A DNA stretch of 64,000 nt from an uncultured delta proteobacterium (GTDB lineage: Bacteria; Desulfobacterota; Binatia; DP-6). Positions 18,660 to 28,773 of the stretch are shown here, piece by piece. The DNA lies in NCBI GenBank assembly GCA_963815115.1, contig CAWFFN010000005.1, positions 832,001 through 896,000 of the forward strand, given 5' to 3'. The notes beneath the pieces were generated by a model, which searched no databases, was not told the DNA's origin, and was given only the letters and a program-made list of their open reading frames with translations. Position 1 is the stretch's first letter. Each line of letters starts with the position of its first letter. The translations under genes were made by a program, and so were the position numbers.

Positions 18660-19441
18660 GCCTCCTCGACGCGGAGGGGGTGAGCTTCGCCTACGGTTCC
18701 CGGACCGTGCTCGCCGACGTTCACCTCGCACTCGGACGGGGGGAGATCGTCGGGCTGATCGGGCCCAACGGCTCGGGGAAGTCCACGCTGGTCAGGCTGC
18801 TGGCCGGCCTCGTACGGCCGCGCGCGGGCACCCTCCACCTGGCAGGCCGTCCGATCGCGAGCTGGACGAGGATCGAGGTGGCGCGGCAGGTCGCCCTGGT
18901 CCCGCAGGATCCTCGCGTCGACTTTCCCTACACCGTGCTCGAGGTCGTGCTCATGGGCCGGGCACCGCATCTGTCGCTGCTCGCCCTTCCCGGGCCCGAC
19001 GATCTGAAGATCGCGCGCGCGGCGCTCGGCCGACTCGAGGTGAGCGATCTGGAGGCCCGTCGCATCGACGAGCTGTCGGGCGGCGAGCGCCAGCGGGTCT
19101 TCCTGGCGCGTGCCCTGGCCCAGCAGCCCCAGGTTCTCCTGCTCGACGAGCCCACGACGCACCTCGACCTGCGTCATCAGACGGGTGTGCACGACGTCGC
19201 GCGCAAGCTCTGTCGCGAGCAGGGCCTCGGTGTCCTCTCGGTCCTGCACGACCTCAACCTCGCCGCGGCGTACTGCGACCGGATCGTGCTGCTGGCAGGC
19301 GGCCGGATGGTGCGTGCGGGTCTGCCCGCCGAGGTGCTCGAGCCGGTCACGCTCGAGCGCGTGTTCGGAGCCCGGGTGTGGGTGGGACGGCACGCGCTCA
19401 CGCACGCTCCCGTGGTGCTGCCGGTGCCCGACGACGGCTGA
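18656..19441 (+). CDS. btuD: Cobalamin/iron-chelate ABC ATPase
   Basis: GPNGSGKST, LSGGERQR, LLLDEPT and LHDLN. Confidence 0.88.
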   Translation: MSLLDAEGVSFAYGSRTVLADVHLALGRGEIVGLIGPNGSGKSTLVRLLAGLVRPRAGTLHLAGRPIASWTRIEVARQVALVPQDPRVDFPYTVLEVVLMGRAPHLSLLALPGPDDLKIARAALGRLEVSDLEARRIDELSGGERQRVFLARALAQQPQVLLLDEPTTHLDLRHQTGVHDVARKLCREQGLGVLSVLHDLNLAAAYCDRIVLLAGGRMVRAGLPAEVLEPVTLERVFGARVWVGRHALTHAPVVLPVPDDG

Positions 19442-19492
19442 GCCGCGTCGCTCACGTTTGCCCGCTACCGGGCGCCCCTGCTAGGGTCCCGG

Positions 19493-19936
19493 GTGGGAAC
19501 GGTGTCGATGTACTTCCAGTTCGCGAGCGTCGCGGTGATGTTTCTCCTGGGGCTCGGGCTCTGCGGCATCATGCTCGGGCTCGGGGCGCTGCTCCGGCCG
19601 TCGAACCCGCACCCCGGCAAGCTCAGCACCTACGAGTGCGGCGAGCCCCCGAGCGGACCCGCCTGGATCAACTTCAACATCCGCTTCTACCTGATCGCGC
19701 TCGTCTTCGTGATCTTCGACGTCGAGCTGGCCTTCATCTATCCGGTCGCGGCCGTGTTCCGGGACTGGGTCGTGACGCGCGGGCAGGGCCTCTTCGCCTT
19801 GGCCGAGCTCGCCCTCTTCGTCGGCATCCTCGCCGTGGGTCTCGTGTACGTGTGGGTGAAGGGCGATCTGCAATGGCTGAAGAGGCTTCCGCGAGCGCAG
19901 CGTTCCCCGGCATCCGGGGTGCGCGAGGCAGCATAG
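19493..19936 (+). CDS. nuoA: NADH-quinone oxidoreductase subunit A (start GTG 19493 or ATG 19508)
   Basis: KLSTYECGE, FYLIALVFVIFDVE and YVWVKGDLQW. Confidence 0.95.
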   Translation: MGTVSMYFQFASVAVMFLLGLGLCGIMLGLGALLRPSNPHPGKLSTYECGEPPSGPAWINFNIRFYLIALVFVIFDVELAFIYPVAAVFRDWVVTRGQGLFALAELALFVGILAVGLVYVWVKGDLQWLKRLPRAQRSPASGVREAA

Positions 19937-19948
19937 GGGAGGGAACCG

Positions 19949-20452
19949 GTGTCGCTGATCAACACCGCGCCGGAGATGGCGCTCACCACGCGAATCGACG
20001 ACCTGCTCAACTGGACCCGCAAGTCGTCCGTCTGGTACATGATGTTCGGTCTCGCCTGCTGCGCCATCGAGATGATGCAGACGGGCGGTCCGCGCGCCGA
20101 CCTGGAGCGCTTCGGGATGGCGCCGCGCGCCACGCCGCGCGTCTCGGACGTGATCATCGTCTCGGGGACGCTGACCCTCAAGATGGCGCTGCGCACCAAG
20201 GTACTCTACGACCAGATGCCCGATCCGAAGTACGTCGTGTCGATGGGCAGCTGCGCCAACTGCGGCGGTCTCTTCCAGCTCGCCTACTCGGTGTGTGACG
20301 GCGTCGACAAGGTGATCCCCGTCGACGTCTACGTGCCGGGCTGCCCGCCGCGGCCGGAGGCGCTCACCGAAGGACTCGTCAAGCTGCAGGAGAAGATCCA
20401 GCAGGAGAAGTGGCTGGTGCGGCGCAGCGAGCCTGCCGGGGCGCGAGCCTAG
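19949..20452 (+). CDS. nuoB: NADH-quinone oxidoreductase subunit B
   Basis: [14 protein letters not shown] and [15 protein letters not shown]. Confidence 0.96.
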   Translation: MSLINTAPEMALTTRIDDLLNWTRKSSVWYMMFGLACCAIEMMQTGGPRADLERFGMAPRATPRVSDVIIVSGTLTLKMALRTKVLYDQMPDPKYVVSMGSCANCGGLFQLAYSVCDGVDKVIPVDVYVPGCPPRPEALTEGLVKLQEKIQQEKWLVRRSEPAGARA

Positions 20453-20453
20453 G

Positions 20454-20957
20454 ATGGCGCTCGATTCCGCCGGCGTGCACGGCCGGCTCCGGGACCGGTT
20501 CGGGGCCGCCATCGGCGACCTCGCCGGCGCGGGGCGGGACGCGAGCTGCGCCGTCGAGCCCGGACGCATCGCCGAGGTGTGTCAGTTCCTCCGGACCGAG
20601 CCGGCGCTGCGCTTCGACTGTCTCTCCAACCTCTCCGGGGTCGATTACCCGAAGCAGAGCGCCATCCAGGTGGTCTACCACCTGTTCTCGTATCCGCTGC
20701 GGCACTGGATCGTCCTCAAGGTGAACGCGTCGCGCGACGATCCCGTCGTGCCCACCGTGTCCGACGTGTGGAGCGCCGCCGACTGGCAGGAGCGCGAGGT
20801 GTTCGACCTGCTCGGCGTCAACTTCACGGGGCATCCCGACCTGCGTCGCATCCTGATGCCGGAGGACTGGCCGGGACATCCGCTGCGCAAGGATTTCGTG
20901 GAGCCGCAGGAATATCACGGCATCTCGACGTCCCGGGAGAGCCTGCTCAGGACCTGA
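20454..20957 (+). CDS. nuoC: NADH-quinone oxidoreductase subunit C
   Basis: EREVFDLLGVNFTGHPDLRRILMPEDWPGHPLRKDF. Confidence 0.95.
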   Translation: MALDSAGVHGRLRDRFGAAIGDLAGAGRDASCAVEPGRIAEVCQFLRTEPALRFDCLSNLSGVDYPKQSAIQVVYHLFSYPLRHWIVLKVNASRDDPVVPTVSDVWSAADWQEREVFDLLGVNFTGHPDLRRILMPEDWPGHPLRKDFVEPQEYHGISTSRESLLRT

Positions 20958-20960
20958 ACC

Positions 20961-22124
20961 ATGGGGCTCACCGGATTCGAGGTCGAGGTCCAGCGCGAGA
21001 CCGAGGGCGGCGGTTTCGTCACCGAGGACATGACGCTCAGCATGGGACCGCAGCATCCCTCGACCCACGGGGTGCTGCGCTTCGTGGTGCGCGCCGACGG
21101 CGAGGTGATGAAGGAGGCCATCCCGGACATCGGCTACCTGCATCGCTCGATCGAGAAGATCGCCGAGAAGGTGGGATGGCACGGGTTCCTCCCCTACACC
21201 GACCGCGTCGACTACGTGGCCGCCATGTTCTGCAATCACGGCTGGGCGATGGCCGCCGAGAAGCTCGCCGGCATCGAGGTGCCGAAGCGCGGCGAGTACT
21301 GCCGCGTCATCGCCGACGAGCTGTGCCGCATCCACAGCCATCTTCTGTCCGTCGGCTCCATGGCGATGGACATCGGTGCCTTCACGCCCTTCACGCACGC
21401 GATTCGCGAGCGCGAGTACCTGAACGATCTCTTCGAGGAGCTGTGCGGAGCGCGCCTCACCTTTCACTACATGCGGATCGGCGGCGTGGGATGGGATCTG
21501 CCGCCGGGCTGGACCGACAAGGTCATTCACTTCCTCGACCGCTTCGAGCCGATCGTCGACGAGTACGATCGCCTGATCTCCTACAACAAGATCTACACCG
21601 AGCGGCTCGCCGGCGTGGCGGTCATCACCGCCGAGGAAGCCGTCGACTACAATCTCGTGGGGCCCAATCTGCGGGGATCGGGGGTCTCCTACGACGTGCG
21701 CCTCGACGACCCCTACTCCGTCTATCCCGAGCTCGAGTTCGATGTCCCGGTCGGACGTGGCGAGATGGGCACTCTCGGTGACTGCTTCGACCGCTACATC
21801 GTCCGCATGCGCGAGATGCGCGAGAGCTGCCGGATCCTCCGGCAGTGCCTCCGCCAGCTCCCGGAGGGGCCGGTGATCGCCCGCGTGCCGCGCACCTTCA
21901 AGCCGCCGGCGGGCGAGTGCTACGTGCGGCTGGAGAGCGCGCGCGGCGACATGGGCTGGTACGTGGTGAGCGACGGCACGGCGTTCCCCTATCGGTGCAA
22001 GATACGCACGGGATCGTTCGCCGCCATCAGCATGACGCAGCACGTGAGCCGCAACCTGATGCTCGCCGATCTGATCGCGGTCATCGCGAGCTTCGATCTG
22101 GTGGCTCCGGAGATCGACCGGTGA
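20961..22124 (+). CDS. nuoD: NADH-quinone oxidoreductase subunit D
   Basis: [26 protein letters not shown] and C-terminal EIDR; no NiFe CxxC motifs. Confidence 0.96.
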   Translation: MGLTGFEVEVQRETEGGGFVTEDMTLSMGPQHPSTHGVLRFVVRADGEVMKEAIPDIGYLHRSIEKIAEKVGWHGFLPYTDRVDYVAAMFCNHGWAMAAEKLAGIEVPKRGEYCRVIADELCRIHSHLLSVGSMAMDIGAFTPFTHAIREREYLNDLFEELCGARLTFHYMRIGGVGWDLPPGWTDKVIHFLDRFEPIVDEYDRLISYNKIYTERLAGVAVITAEEAVDYNLVGPNLRGSGVSYDVRLDDPYSVYPELEFDVPVGRGEMGTLGDCFDRYIVRMREMRESCRILRQCLRQLPEGPVIARVPRTFKPPAGECYVRLESARGDMGWYVVSDGTAFPYRCKIRTGSFAAISMTQHVSRNLMLADLIAVIASFDLVAPEIDR

Positions 22125-23359
22125 CCGAGTTCGCGTCCATGGAGTCGCTGGTCCGCGGGCTGGTCGAGACCGGCGCCGCGCCGGCAGGCCTCCCGGTCTG
22201 GGTCCATCAGCTCCTGGCCATGCTGATCTTCGGTGGCATCGTCGTGTTCGGCTTCGTGCTGCCGATCGCCGGCATCACGACGTGGGTCGAGCGCCGGGTG
22301 ATGGGCCGCATCCAGAGCCGCATCGGGCCGAACCGCGTGGGACCCCTCGGGTTCCTGCAGTGGCTCGCCGACGGCGTCAAGAACATGCTGAAGGAGGACA
22401 TCGTCCCGTCGGCCGCCGACGGGCCGCTCTTCCGTGCCGCGCCCTACGTGGTGATGACCGGCTTCGTCGGCTCCTTCGCCGTCATCCCCTTCGCCGGCAG
22501 CCTGATCGTCGCCGACCTGAACGTGGGCATCCTCTACGTGACCGCGGTGACGGCGCTGGTGGTAGTGGGCATCTTGATGGCCGGGTGGGCGTCGAACAAC
22601 AAGTGGTCGCTCCTCGGCGGCATCCGCTCCGCGGCGCAGATCGTCAGCTACGAGATCCCGGCGGGGCTCTCCATCTTCCCGGTCGTGATGCTCGCCGGCA
22701 CCCTCGGCATGCAGGGCATCATCCGCGCCCAGGGCGCGGCCCCGTGGTCGTGGTACCTGTTCGACAACCCGTTCACCTTCCTCGCCTTCTTCGTGCTCTT
22801 CGTTTCGGCGCTGGCCGAGGGCAACCGCACGCCCTTCGATCTGCCCGAGGCCGAGTCGGAGCTCGTGGCGGGTTTCGCCACCGAGTACAGCGGCATGCGC
22901 AACCTGCTCTTCTTCATGGCGGAGTGGGGCAACCTCTACGTGATCGGGGCGATCGCGACCACGCTCTTCCTCGGCGGCTGGCAGATTCCCTGGGCGCTCA
23001 CCGACTACCCGGTGCTGCGCAATGCGCTCCAGTTCGGCGTGTTCTTCTTGAAGTCGTACGCCTTCGTCGTGCTCGCCATCTGGCTGCGCTGGACGCTGCC
23101 GCGCATCCGCGTGGACCAGATGATGGAGATGTGCTGGAAGTATCTCGTGCCCATCGCGATGGTGAACTTCCTGGGAACGGCGACGTGGATGGTCGCGTTC
23201 CCGGCCGGCCTGCCGTTCGTGCGCTGGGTGCTGCTCCTCCTGTCGCTGGTGGCGCTCGTCGCCTTCGTGCGCCGGGTCGGCTTCCACATCCGCAAGGCGG
23301 GCCTCGAGCGCCGGCACCTGAGCTTCAATCCGCTCGCGACGGCACGCTCGCCCGGGTGA
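22121..23359 (+). CDS. nuoH: NADH-quinone oxidoreductase subunit H
   Basis: [42 protein letters not shown] and LPRIRVDQ. Confidence 0.96.
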   Translation: MTEFASMESLVRGLVETGAAPAGLPVWVHQLLAMLIFGGIVVFGFVLPIAGITTWVERRVMGRIQSRIGPNRVGPLGFLQWLADGVKNMLKEDIVPSAADGPLFRAAPYVVMTGFVGSFAVIPFAGSLIVADLNVGILYVTAVTALVVVGILMAGWASNNKWSLLGGIRSAAQIVSYEIPAGLSIFPVVMLAGTLGMQGIIRAQGAAPWSWYLFDNPFTFLAFFVLFVSALAEGNRTPFDLPEAESELVAGFATEYSGMRNLLFFMAEWGNLYVIGAIATTLFLGGWQIPWALTDYPVLRNALQFGVFFLKSYAFVVLAIWLRWTLPRIRVDQMMEMCWKYLVPIAMVNFLGTATWMVAFPAGLPFVRWVLLLLSLVALVAFVRRVGFHIRKAGLERRHLSFNPLATARSPG

Positions 23360-23364
23360 TCGCG

Positions 23365-23910
23365 ATGGGGCTGGGAACCTACCTGCGCAACATCAAGGAC
23401 GCCGTGGCGACGATCGCCGACGGCATGGCGGTGACGGCGTCGCACATGATCCGCAAGCCCGTCACCCTCGAGTATCCCGACCGCCTGCCCGACGGCGTGC
23501 GGGTGCAGGATACGCTGCCGTTCCGCTACCGCGGCATCCTGGAGGTCGATCTCGAGATCTGCACGGCCTGCCTCGCCTGCGAGCGCGCCTGTCCGATCGA
23601 TTGCATCGTCATCGAGGCCGAGAAGGACAAGGCGGCGGGCGGCCTGGTCATGACCCGCTTCGACATCGACATGGCGAAGTGCATGTACTGCGGGCTGTGC
23701 AGCGAGCCGTGCCCGACGGGCTCGATCCACCATACCCCGGAGTTCGAGGGTTCGGACTACTCGCTCGAGAGCCTGGTGCGTCGCTTCGTGAAGGCGCCCA
23801 CGCTGGCCTACAAGCCGAAGAAGGCCGGCGAGGACGACCCCGTGATCAAGCCGATCCTCGACCGGGGCATGCGCTACATCGCCGAGTTCGCGAGCCCCGA
23901 CGCGAAGTGA
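23365..23910 (+). CDS. nuoI: NADH-quinone oxidoreductase subunit I
   Basis: VTLEYP and two 4Fe-4S motifs, CTACLACERACP and CMYCGLCSEPCP. Confidence 0.95.
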   Translation: MGLGTYLRNIKDAVATIADGMAVTASHMIRKPVTLEYPDRLPDGVRVQDTLPFRYRGILEVDLEICTACLACERACPIDCIVIEAEKDKAAGGLVMTRFDIDMAKCMYCGLCSEPCPTGSIHHTPEFEGSDYSLESLVRRFVKAPTLAYKPKKAGEDDPVIKPILDRGMRYIAEFASPDAK

Positions 23911-23931
23911 TCCGGGCCCGCGCGCGGTCCG

Positions 23932-25848
23932 TCAGTTGCAGAGAGCTCCGGCGGCGTAGCAGTCGGATCCGACGCCGACGCTGAAGGTACCGGGCTGTCC
24001 GTCGCTCCCGCCCGTCCCGTCGATGCCGACCTTGCCGTTCGGCGCGCTCGGGACGTCGCCGCCGAGCGGCACGTTGAGGCCGCCCAGGCCCTTGTTGCCC
24101 CCGAGGCCGCCGTCGCCGGCCGCGCCGAAGCAGGTGAAGTCGCCCGGTACACAGGTGGCCGATCCGCCACTGCTCCCGATGGCTCCGTTGCTCTGGAACG
24201 TGACGGTGGTGAGCGTCACCGGCGTGGTGCTGAAGATCGCGCCGCCGCCGCCGCTTCCGCCGTTGCCGTTGTCGCCGCCGTTCGCTCCGTTGCCGCCGTT
24301 CCCGCCGTCGCCGCCCTGGCCGCCGGGCGTGCCGCTGCCGCCCGTGCTGCCGCCACCGCCACCACCACCGGAGCCGCCGGTGCGGCCGAAGCTCGACGGC
24401 TGCCCGGTGGCGAAGTTGCTCCGGAACGTCGTGTCCGAGACGGTCAACGTACCGCTGTTGTGGATCGCGCCGCCGAAGGCGCTGCCGCCGTCACCGCCCG
24501 AGCCGCCGTCGGTCCCGTCCTTGCCGTCGCCGCCGCTGCCGCCGATGCCGCCCTTGCCGGTGTCGTCGGGCGGCGCGGAGGTCGTTCTCGAAGAGCTGCC
24601 GCCGTTGCCGCCGTTCCCGCCGCCCCCGCCGGTGCCGCCGAACCCGCCGCGTCCCGCCATGCCGCCCTGCGCGGCGTTGCCGTCGAAGGTGCAGGTTTCG
24701 ATGGTGAGCGTGCCGGCGTTGTCGATCGCGCCGCCCATCGCGTTGCCGCCGGCGCCCCCGTCGGCGCCGTCCGAGGCCTCGCCGCCGTCTCCGCCGCGCC
24801 CGCCGGATCCGGCGTTCTTTCCGGGCCCGGCACCACCCCGGCCGCCCGGACCGCCCTGGCCGCCCCGTCCGCCCGAGCCGCCCTCGCCACCACGGCCGCC
24901 GACGGCGACGTTGCCCGTGACGCGGCAGTTCCGCAGGATGACGGAGCTGCCGGCCGCGATCAGCATCGCGCCGCCGCTGCCGTCGGAGCCGTCGTCACCC
25001 GCGCTCGCGGCGGTCGCGTCGCCGCCGGGACCACCCGGCATCCCGTTGGCTCCCTCGCCGCCATCCATTCCGAGCGATCCTTCCGCTCCCTCCTCGCCGT
25101 CCACACCCTTGTCGCCGTCGGCTCCGAGGTGGAGGCCGTCGCTGAGCGTGACGCCGTCCAGCACGAGGGTTCCGCTGCGCACGTCGAAGAGGCGGAAGGC
25201 GGGCGGGGGCGCCGACGTCGGGTTGCCGCGTGCGATGGTCACGAAGCCGTGCAGCGTCGCGCTCACGCCGTCGACCACCAGCGTGTGGTCGAGCTCGATG
25301 CGGCCGGCGCAGGGGAGATCGAGCGTCCCGCCGCTCTGCATGAGGGCCTCGAGCCGGTCGCGGTCCGACTGGTCGCAGGTGCGGCCGGGGATCGTCGTCG
25401 TGGTCGTCGCCGAGCTCGGGGTCGTCGTGGTGGTGGACGGCGCTCGGGTCGTCGTGGTGGTCGTCGTGTCCGGCGGTGGGGTGCCGTGGACGGCCTGCGG
25501 CTTCACCCCCTTCGCCCTCACCGTTCCGCTCATCGTGGTGCAGGTCGTGTCGATCAGCGCCTGGAGCGCGACCTTCTTCAGGCCGGCACAGCGGCGCCAT
25601 TTGGCGTGGACGCTGGTGCCCCGCCTCGTGCCGATCACCATGCCTTTTCTGGGCGGGCAGCCGGGACCGAGAGCGACCGTCGATCCTTCGACCGTGACGC
25701 TGTCCGCGATGACCGGCAGGCCGGCGCTCGCTTCCATGATCAGATAGGTGCTGTCGGGACAGCGCGGCGGCTTCTTCGCGACGGCCGCCGTGCCCCCGGC
25801 CGTGACGCCGAGAGCCACTGCGAGCGCGAGCAGAAGGCGGCGAATCAC
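23932..25848 (-). CDS. Secreted PGRS-like glycine-rich protein with GGAI beta-helix repeats and Thr-rich linker
   Basis: Signal peptide, basic Cys N-domain, poly-Thr linker, four GGA(M/I)...N-x-A motifs interleaved with GGxGGxGG tracts. Confidence 0.75.
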   Translation of the reverse strand: MIRRLLLALAVALGVTAGGTAAVAKKPPRCPDSTYLIMEASAGLPVIADSVTVEGSTVALGPGCPPRKGMVIGTRRGTSVHAKWRRCAGLKKVALQALIDTTCTTMSGTVRAKGVKPQAVHGTPPPDTTTTTTTRAPSTTTTTPSSATTTTTIPGRTCDQSDRDRLEALMQSGGTLDLPCAGRIELDHTLVVDGVSATLHGFVTIARGNPTSAPPPAFRLFDVRSGTLVLDGVTLSDGLHLGADGDKGVDGEEGAEGSLGMDGGEGANGMPGGPGGDATAASAGDDGSDGSGGAMLIAAGSSVILRNCRVTGNVAVGGRGGEGGSGGRGGQGGPGGRGGAGPGKNAGSGGRGGDGGEASDGADGGAGGNAMGGAIDNAGTLTIETCTFDGNAAQGGMAGRGGFGGTGGGGGNGGNGGSSSRTTSAPPDDTGKGGIGGSGGDGKDGTDGGSGGDGGSAFGGAIHNSGTLTVSDTTFRSNFATGQPSSFGRTGGSGGGGGGGSTGGSGTPGGQGGDGGNGGNGANGGDNGNGGSGGGGAIFSTTPVTLTTVTFQSNGAIGSSGGSATCVPGDFTCFGAAGDGGLGGNKGLGGLNVPLGGDVPSAPNGKVGIDGTGGSDGQPGTFSVGVGSDCYAAGALCN

Positions 25849-26033
25849 CGCGAAGGTGCTACCGCCGCGTGCGTCGTCGCGTCAATGAAATTGTCCGGGT
25901 GCGACCTCGCAAGTGCCAGGTCTTCCGGCGCGGCGAGCGCCCGGGTGCAACGGCCCTGTGCGCGCGATGGCCGGGGCGCCGGGCGTGCGGCGTGCGCTCG
26001 CCGGGACGCTGCGAGGGGGGTACGGTGGGGGCG

Positions 26034-27281
26034 ATGGGAAGCACGCGTGCCGGTCGCGTCTCCGCAGCGATCGTGCTCGCGGCGATCGCCCTCGCTGCGC
26101 TCGGGACCGAGCGCGCGGACGCCGCCAGCGGTTGCCTGGGCAAGCACTGGGTCGGGGTGTGGGCGGCGAGCCCATCGGATGCGCTGGGCGCGTCGTTCGT
26201 CGACCAGACGCTTCGCCTCGTCGTCAACCCGACGCTGGGCGGCGCGCGCGTCCGGGTGCGGCTGTCCAACCGCTACGGATCGCAGCCGGTGACCTTCGGT
26301 GCCGCCACCATCGCACGACGCGCATCGGGCGCGGACGCCGAGCCGGGGACGATCCGCGGGTTGCGCTTCGCACGCAAACGGCCGGTCACCGTCGATCCCG
26401 GCGGCGAGGCGGTGAGCGACCCGGTGCGGCTCAGGTTCGACGCGTTCCAGGATCTGGTGGTGAGCGTCGACGTGCAGGGCGCGAGCGGCCCGTCGACCGA
26501 GCACGTCACGGCGTTCCAGACGTCCTACGTCTCCGCGCCGGGGAGCGGGGATCAGACCGGGACGACCAGCGGTGCCGCCTTCACCGGGACGATGACGACG
26601 TGGCCGTTCCTCACCGACGTCGAGGTGCGAGCCCCCCGCCGTGTCGGAGCGCTCGTCGCGGTCGGCGACTCGATCACCGACGGCGTGGGCAGCCCGAACG
26701 ATCGGGACCGGCGCTACCCGGATCTCCTGGCGCGTCGCCTGGCTGCCGCCGGCACCAGGCTCGCGGTCCAGATCGAGGCCATCAGCGGGAACCAGGTGCT
26801 GCGGGACGCCGCGGCGCCCACGTTCGGCCCGAAGCTGCTCGATCACCTCGACCGCGACGTGCTCGACCAGGCCGGTGCACGCGTCGTGATCCTCATGGAA
26901 GGCACGAACGACATCGGGATCACCCCGCCGCCCATCGCCGCCCAGGTGATCGACGGCCTCGAGGCCGCCGTCGACCGGATGCATGGCGCCGGTCTTCGCG
27001 TGATCCTGGGTACGCTGCCCCCGTGCAGGGACTTCGCGTTCGCCCTCCACGGCACACTGGCGGCGGTCGCGGCCCGCAACCAGATCAACGACTGGATCCG
27101 GACGAGCGACGCCGCCGACGGCGTCGTCGACTTCCATGCCGCGCTGCGCGACCCGCTCGACCCGGACCGCCTGAACCCCGCGTTCGACAGCGGCGACCAC
27201 CTCCACCCCAACGCCGCCGGCTACGGCGCGATGGCCGCCGCCGTCGATCTGAATCTCCTCGCGACGGCTCGCTGCCCGTAG
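26034..27281 (+). CDS. Secreted SGNH/GDSL hydrolase
   Basis: Signal peptide, RVRLSNRYG, GDSITDG, EGTND and DHLHP. Confidence 0.9.
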   Translation: MGSTRAGRVSAAIVLAAIALAALGTERADAASGCLGKHWVGVWAASPSDALGASFVDQTLRLVVNPTLGGARVRVRLSNRYGSQPVTFGAATIARRASGADAEPGTIRGLRFARKRPVTVDPGGEAVSDPVRLRFDAFQDLVVSVDVQGASGPSTEHVTAFQTSYVSAPGSGDQTGTTSGAAFTGTMTTWPFLTDVEVRAPRRVGALVAVGDSITDGVGSPNDRDRRYPDLLARRLAAAGTRLAVQIEAISGNQVLRDAAAPTFGPKLLDHLDRDVLDQAGARVVILMEGTNDIGITPPPIAAQVIDGLEAAVDRMHGAGLRVILGTLPPCRDFAFALHGTLAAVAARNQINDWIRTSDAADGVVDFHAALRDPLDPDRLNPAFDSGDHLHPNAAGYGAMAAAVDLNLLATARCP

Positions 27282-27322
27282 GGACTCTGGACGGTGCGCG
27301 TGCCTTCCGCTCTGGTGTCGCG

Positions 27323-28720
27323 ATGACCAGGCGCCTGATCCCCGTCGTGCTCGTCGTGGTCTGGGCGGCGATGTCCGCGGGAGTGGCCGTCGCAGCTCAT
27401 GGCCGGGGATCGATCGCCGACTCGCGGCGCAAGGACTGGCCGGTATACGGCCACGATCTGTCGAACACGCGCCTCGCGGCGCGCGAGAAGCGGATCACTC
27501 CCCGCTCGGTGGCGCGCTTGACGCCGAGCTGGACCAAGGACGGCCTGGTCGGCGTGTCGGGAACGCCGACCGTCTCGGGACACGTCGCCTACTTCGGCGA
27601 CTGGAGGGGGACGATACGGGCCGTCGAGGCGGCGACCGGCGAGGAGGTCTGGCACACGCAGATCGGAGGCTTCGTCGTCGGCGCACCGGCGATCGACGGG
27701 AAGGCGGTCTACGCCTCGAGCGGCGCCACCCTCTATCGCCTCGATCGGGACACGGGCGCGGTCCAGTGGAAGGTCGTCACCAACGAGCATCCGCTGGCCC
27801 AGATCAACGCCTCGCCGGTCGTGGTCGACGGCCTGGTCCTGCAGGGGGTCGCCAGCTTCGAGGTCACGATCCCGAAGTCGCAGTACACCTTCCGGGGGAC
27901 GATCGGCGCCTACGACGCCGACACCGGCCGCGAGGTGTGGAGGCTGTACACGACTCCGAACGATGCAGCGGGCGGTGCGGGAGTCGGCATCTGGTCGACG
28001 CCGGCCGTCGATCGCAAGCGCGGCCTGCTCTACGTCGGTAGCGGCAACACCTACGCGGAGCCGACGGCCCCGCTTTCCGATTCGATCCTCGCCGTCGAGT
28101 ACAGGACCGGCACGCTGTCGTGGTCGAGGCAGTTCACCCATCCGGACGTCTTCAGCGCCGGCCATCCCCAGGGCAAGGATGCCGACGTGGGCGCTTCACC
28201 CAACCTGTGGCGATCGCGGGGGAGGGCCCTCGTGGGAGCGGGTGACAAGGCGGGCGCGTACCACGCTCTCGATCGCGACACCGGGGAGATTGCGTGGGAA
28301 ACCACGCTGACGCCGGGCAGCGTCTTCGGCGGGGAGATCGGATCGGCGGCCCTGGTCGACGGCAAGCTCGTCGTCGTGTCGAACGTGGGCAACCCTGCCA
28401 CCAACGCACCGACCAACGTGGCCAAGGTCTTCGCGCTGGATCCTGCGTCCGGGACCATCCGCTGGGAAGCCGAGGACTTCCCGGGGAGGATCTTCGCGCC
28501 GGTCGGCGCCGTGCCCGGGGTGGCATTCGTCGGCACGGATGCCGGCACGCTGGCCGCACTCGACACCCGTACCGGCCGGAGGCTGTGGACCTACGACGCA
28601 CCCGCGCGAACCGGCTGCGGGCCGTCGATCGTGAACGGCCGCGTGCTGTGGGGCTACGGCTTCACCCTGTTCGGTGGGCCGGGTCCGGGCGGCGTCATCA
28701 GCTTCGCGCTCGGGCGCTAG
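27323..28720 (+). CDS. Secreted PQQ-binding beta-propeller (polyvinyl-alcohol dehydrogenase-like, no cytochrome c domain)
   Basis: DWPVYGHDLSNTR, repeated DxxTGxxxW, GIWSTPAVD, YVGSGN and DADVGASP. Confidence 0.8.
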   Translation: MTRRLIPVVLVVVWAAMSAGVAVAAHGRGSIADSRRKDWPVYGHDLSNTRLAAREKRITPRSVARLTPSWTKDGLVGVSGTPTVSGHVAYFGDWRGTIRAVEAATGEEVWHTQIGGFVVGAPAIDGKAVYASSGATLYRLDRDTGAVQWKVVTNEHPLAQINASPVVVDGLVLQGVASFEVTIPKSQYTFRGTIGAYDADTGREVWRLYTTPNDAAGGAGVGIWSTPAVDRKRGLLYVGSGNTYAEPTAPLSDSILAVEYRTGTLSWSRQFTHPDVFSAGHPQGKDADVGASPNLWRSRGRALVGAGDKAGAYHALDRDTGEIAWETTLTPGSVFGGEIGSAALVDGKLVVVSNVGNPATNAPTNVAKVFALDPASGTIRWEAEDFPGRIFAPVGAVPGVAFVGTDAGTLAALDTRTGRRLWTYDAPARTGCGPSIVNGRVLWGYGFTLFGGPGPGGVISFALGR

Positions 28721-28773
28721 CCGGCGCCGCCGTGCCCGTGGCGCCGGAGCCTGAGCGGCGTCGGCTGGCGCGG

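Noticed and set aside
19949-22124. Possible group 4 NiFe hydrogenase, given the missing nuoEFG
   Set aside because: The large subunit lacks both CxxC Ni-binding motifs and keeps the quinone-site His/Tyr motifs; NuoB has the tandem CC.
24023-25747. Very Pro-rich + strand ORF (similar ones at 9519 and 9948)
   Set aside because: Antisense shadow of Gly (GGC) codons in the real minus-strand genes.
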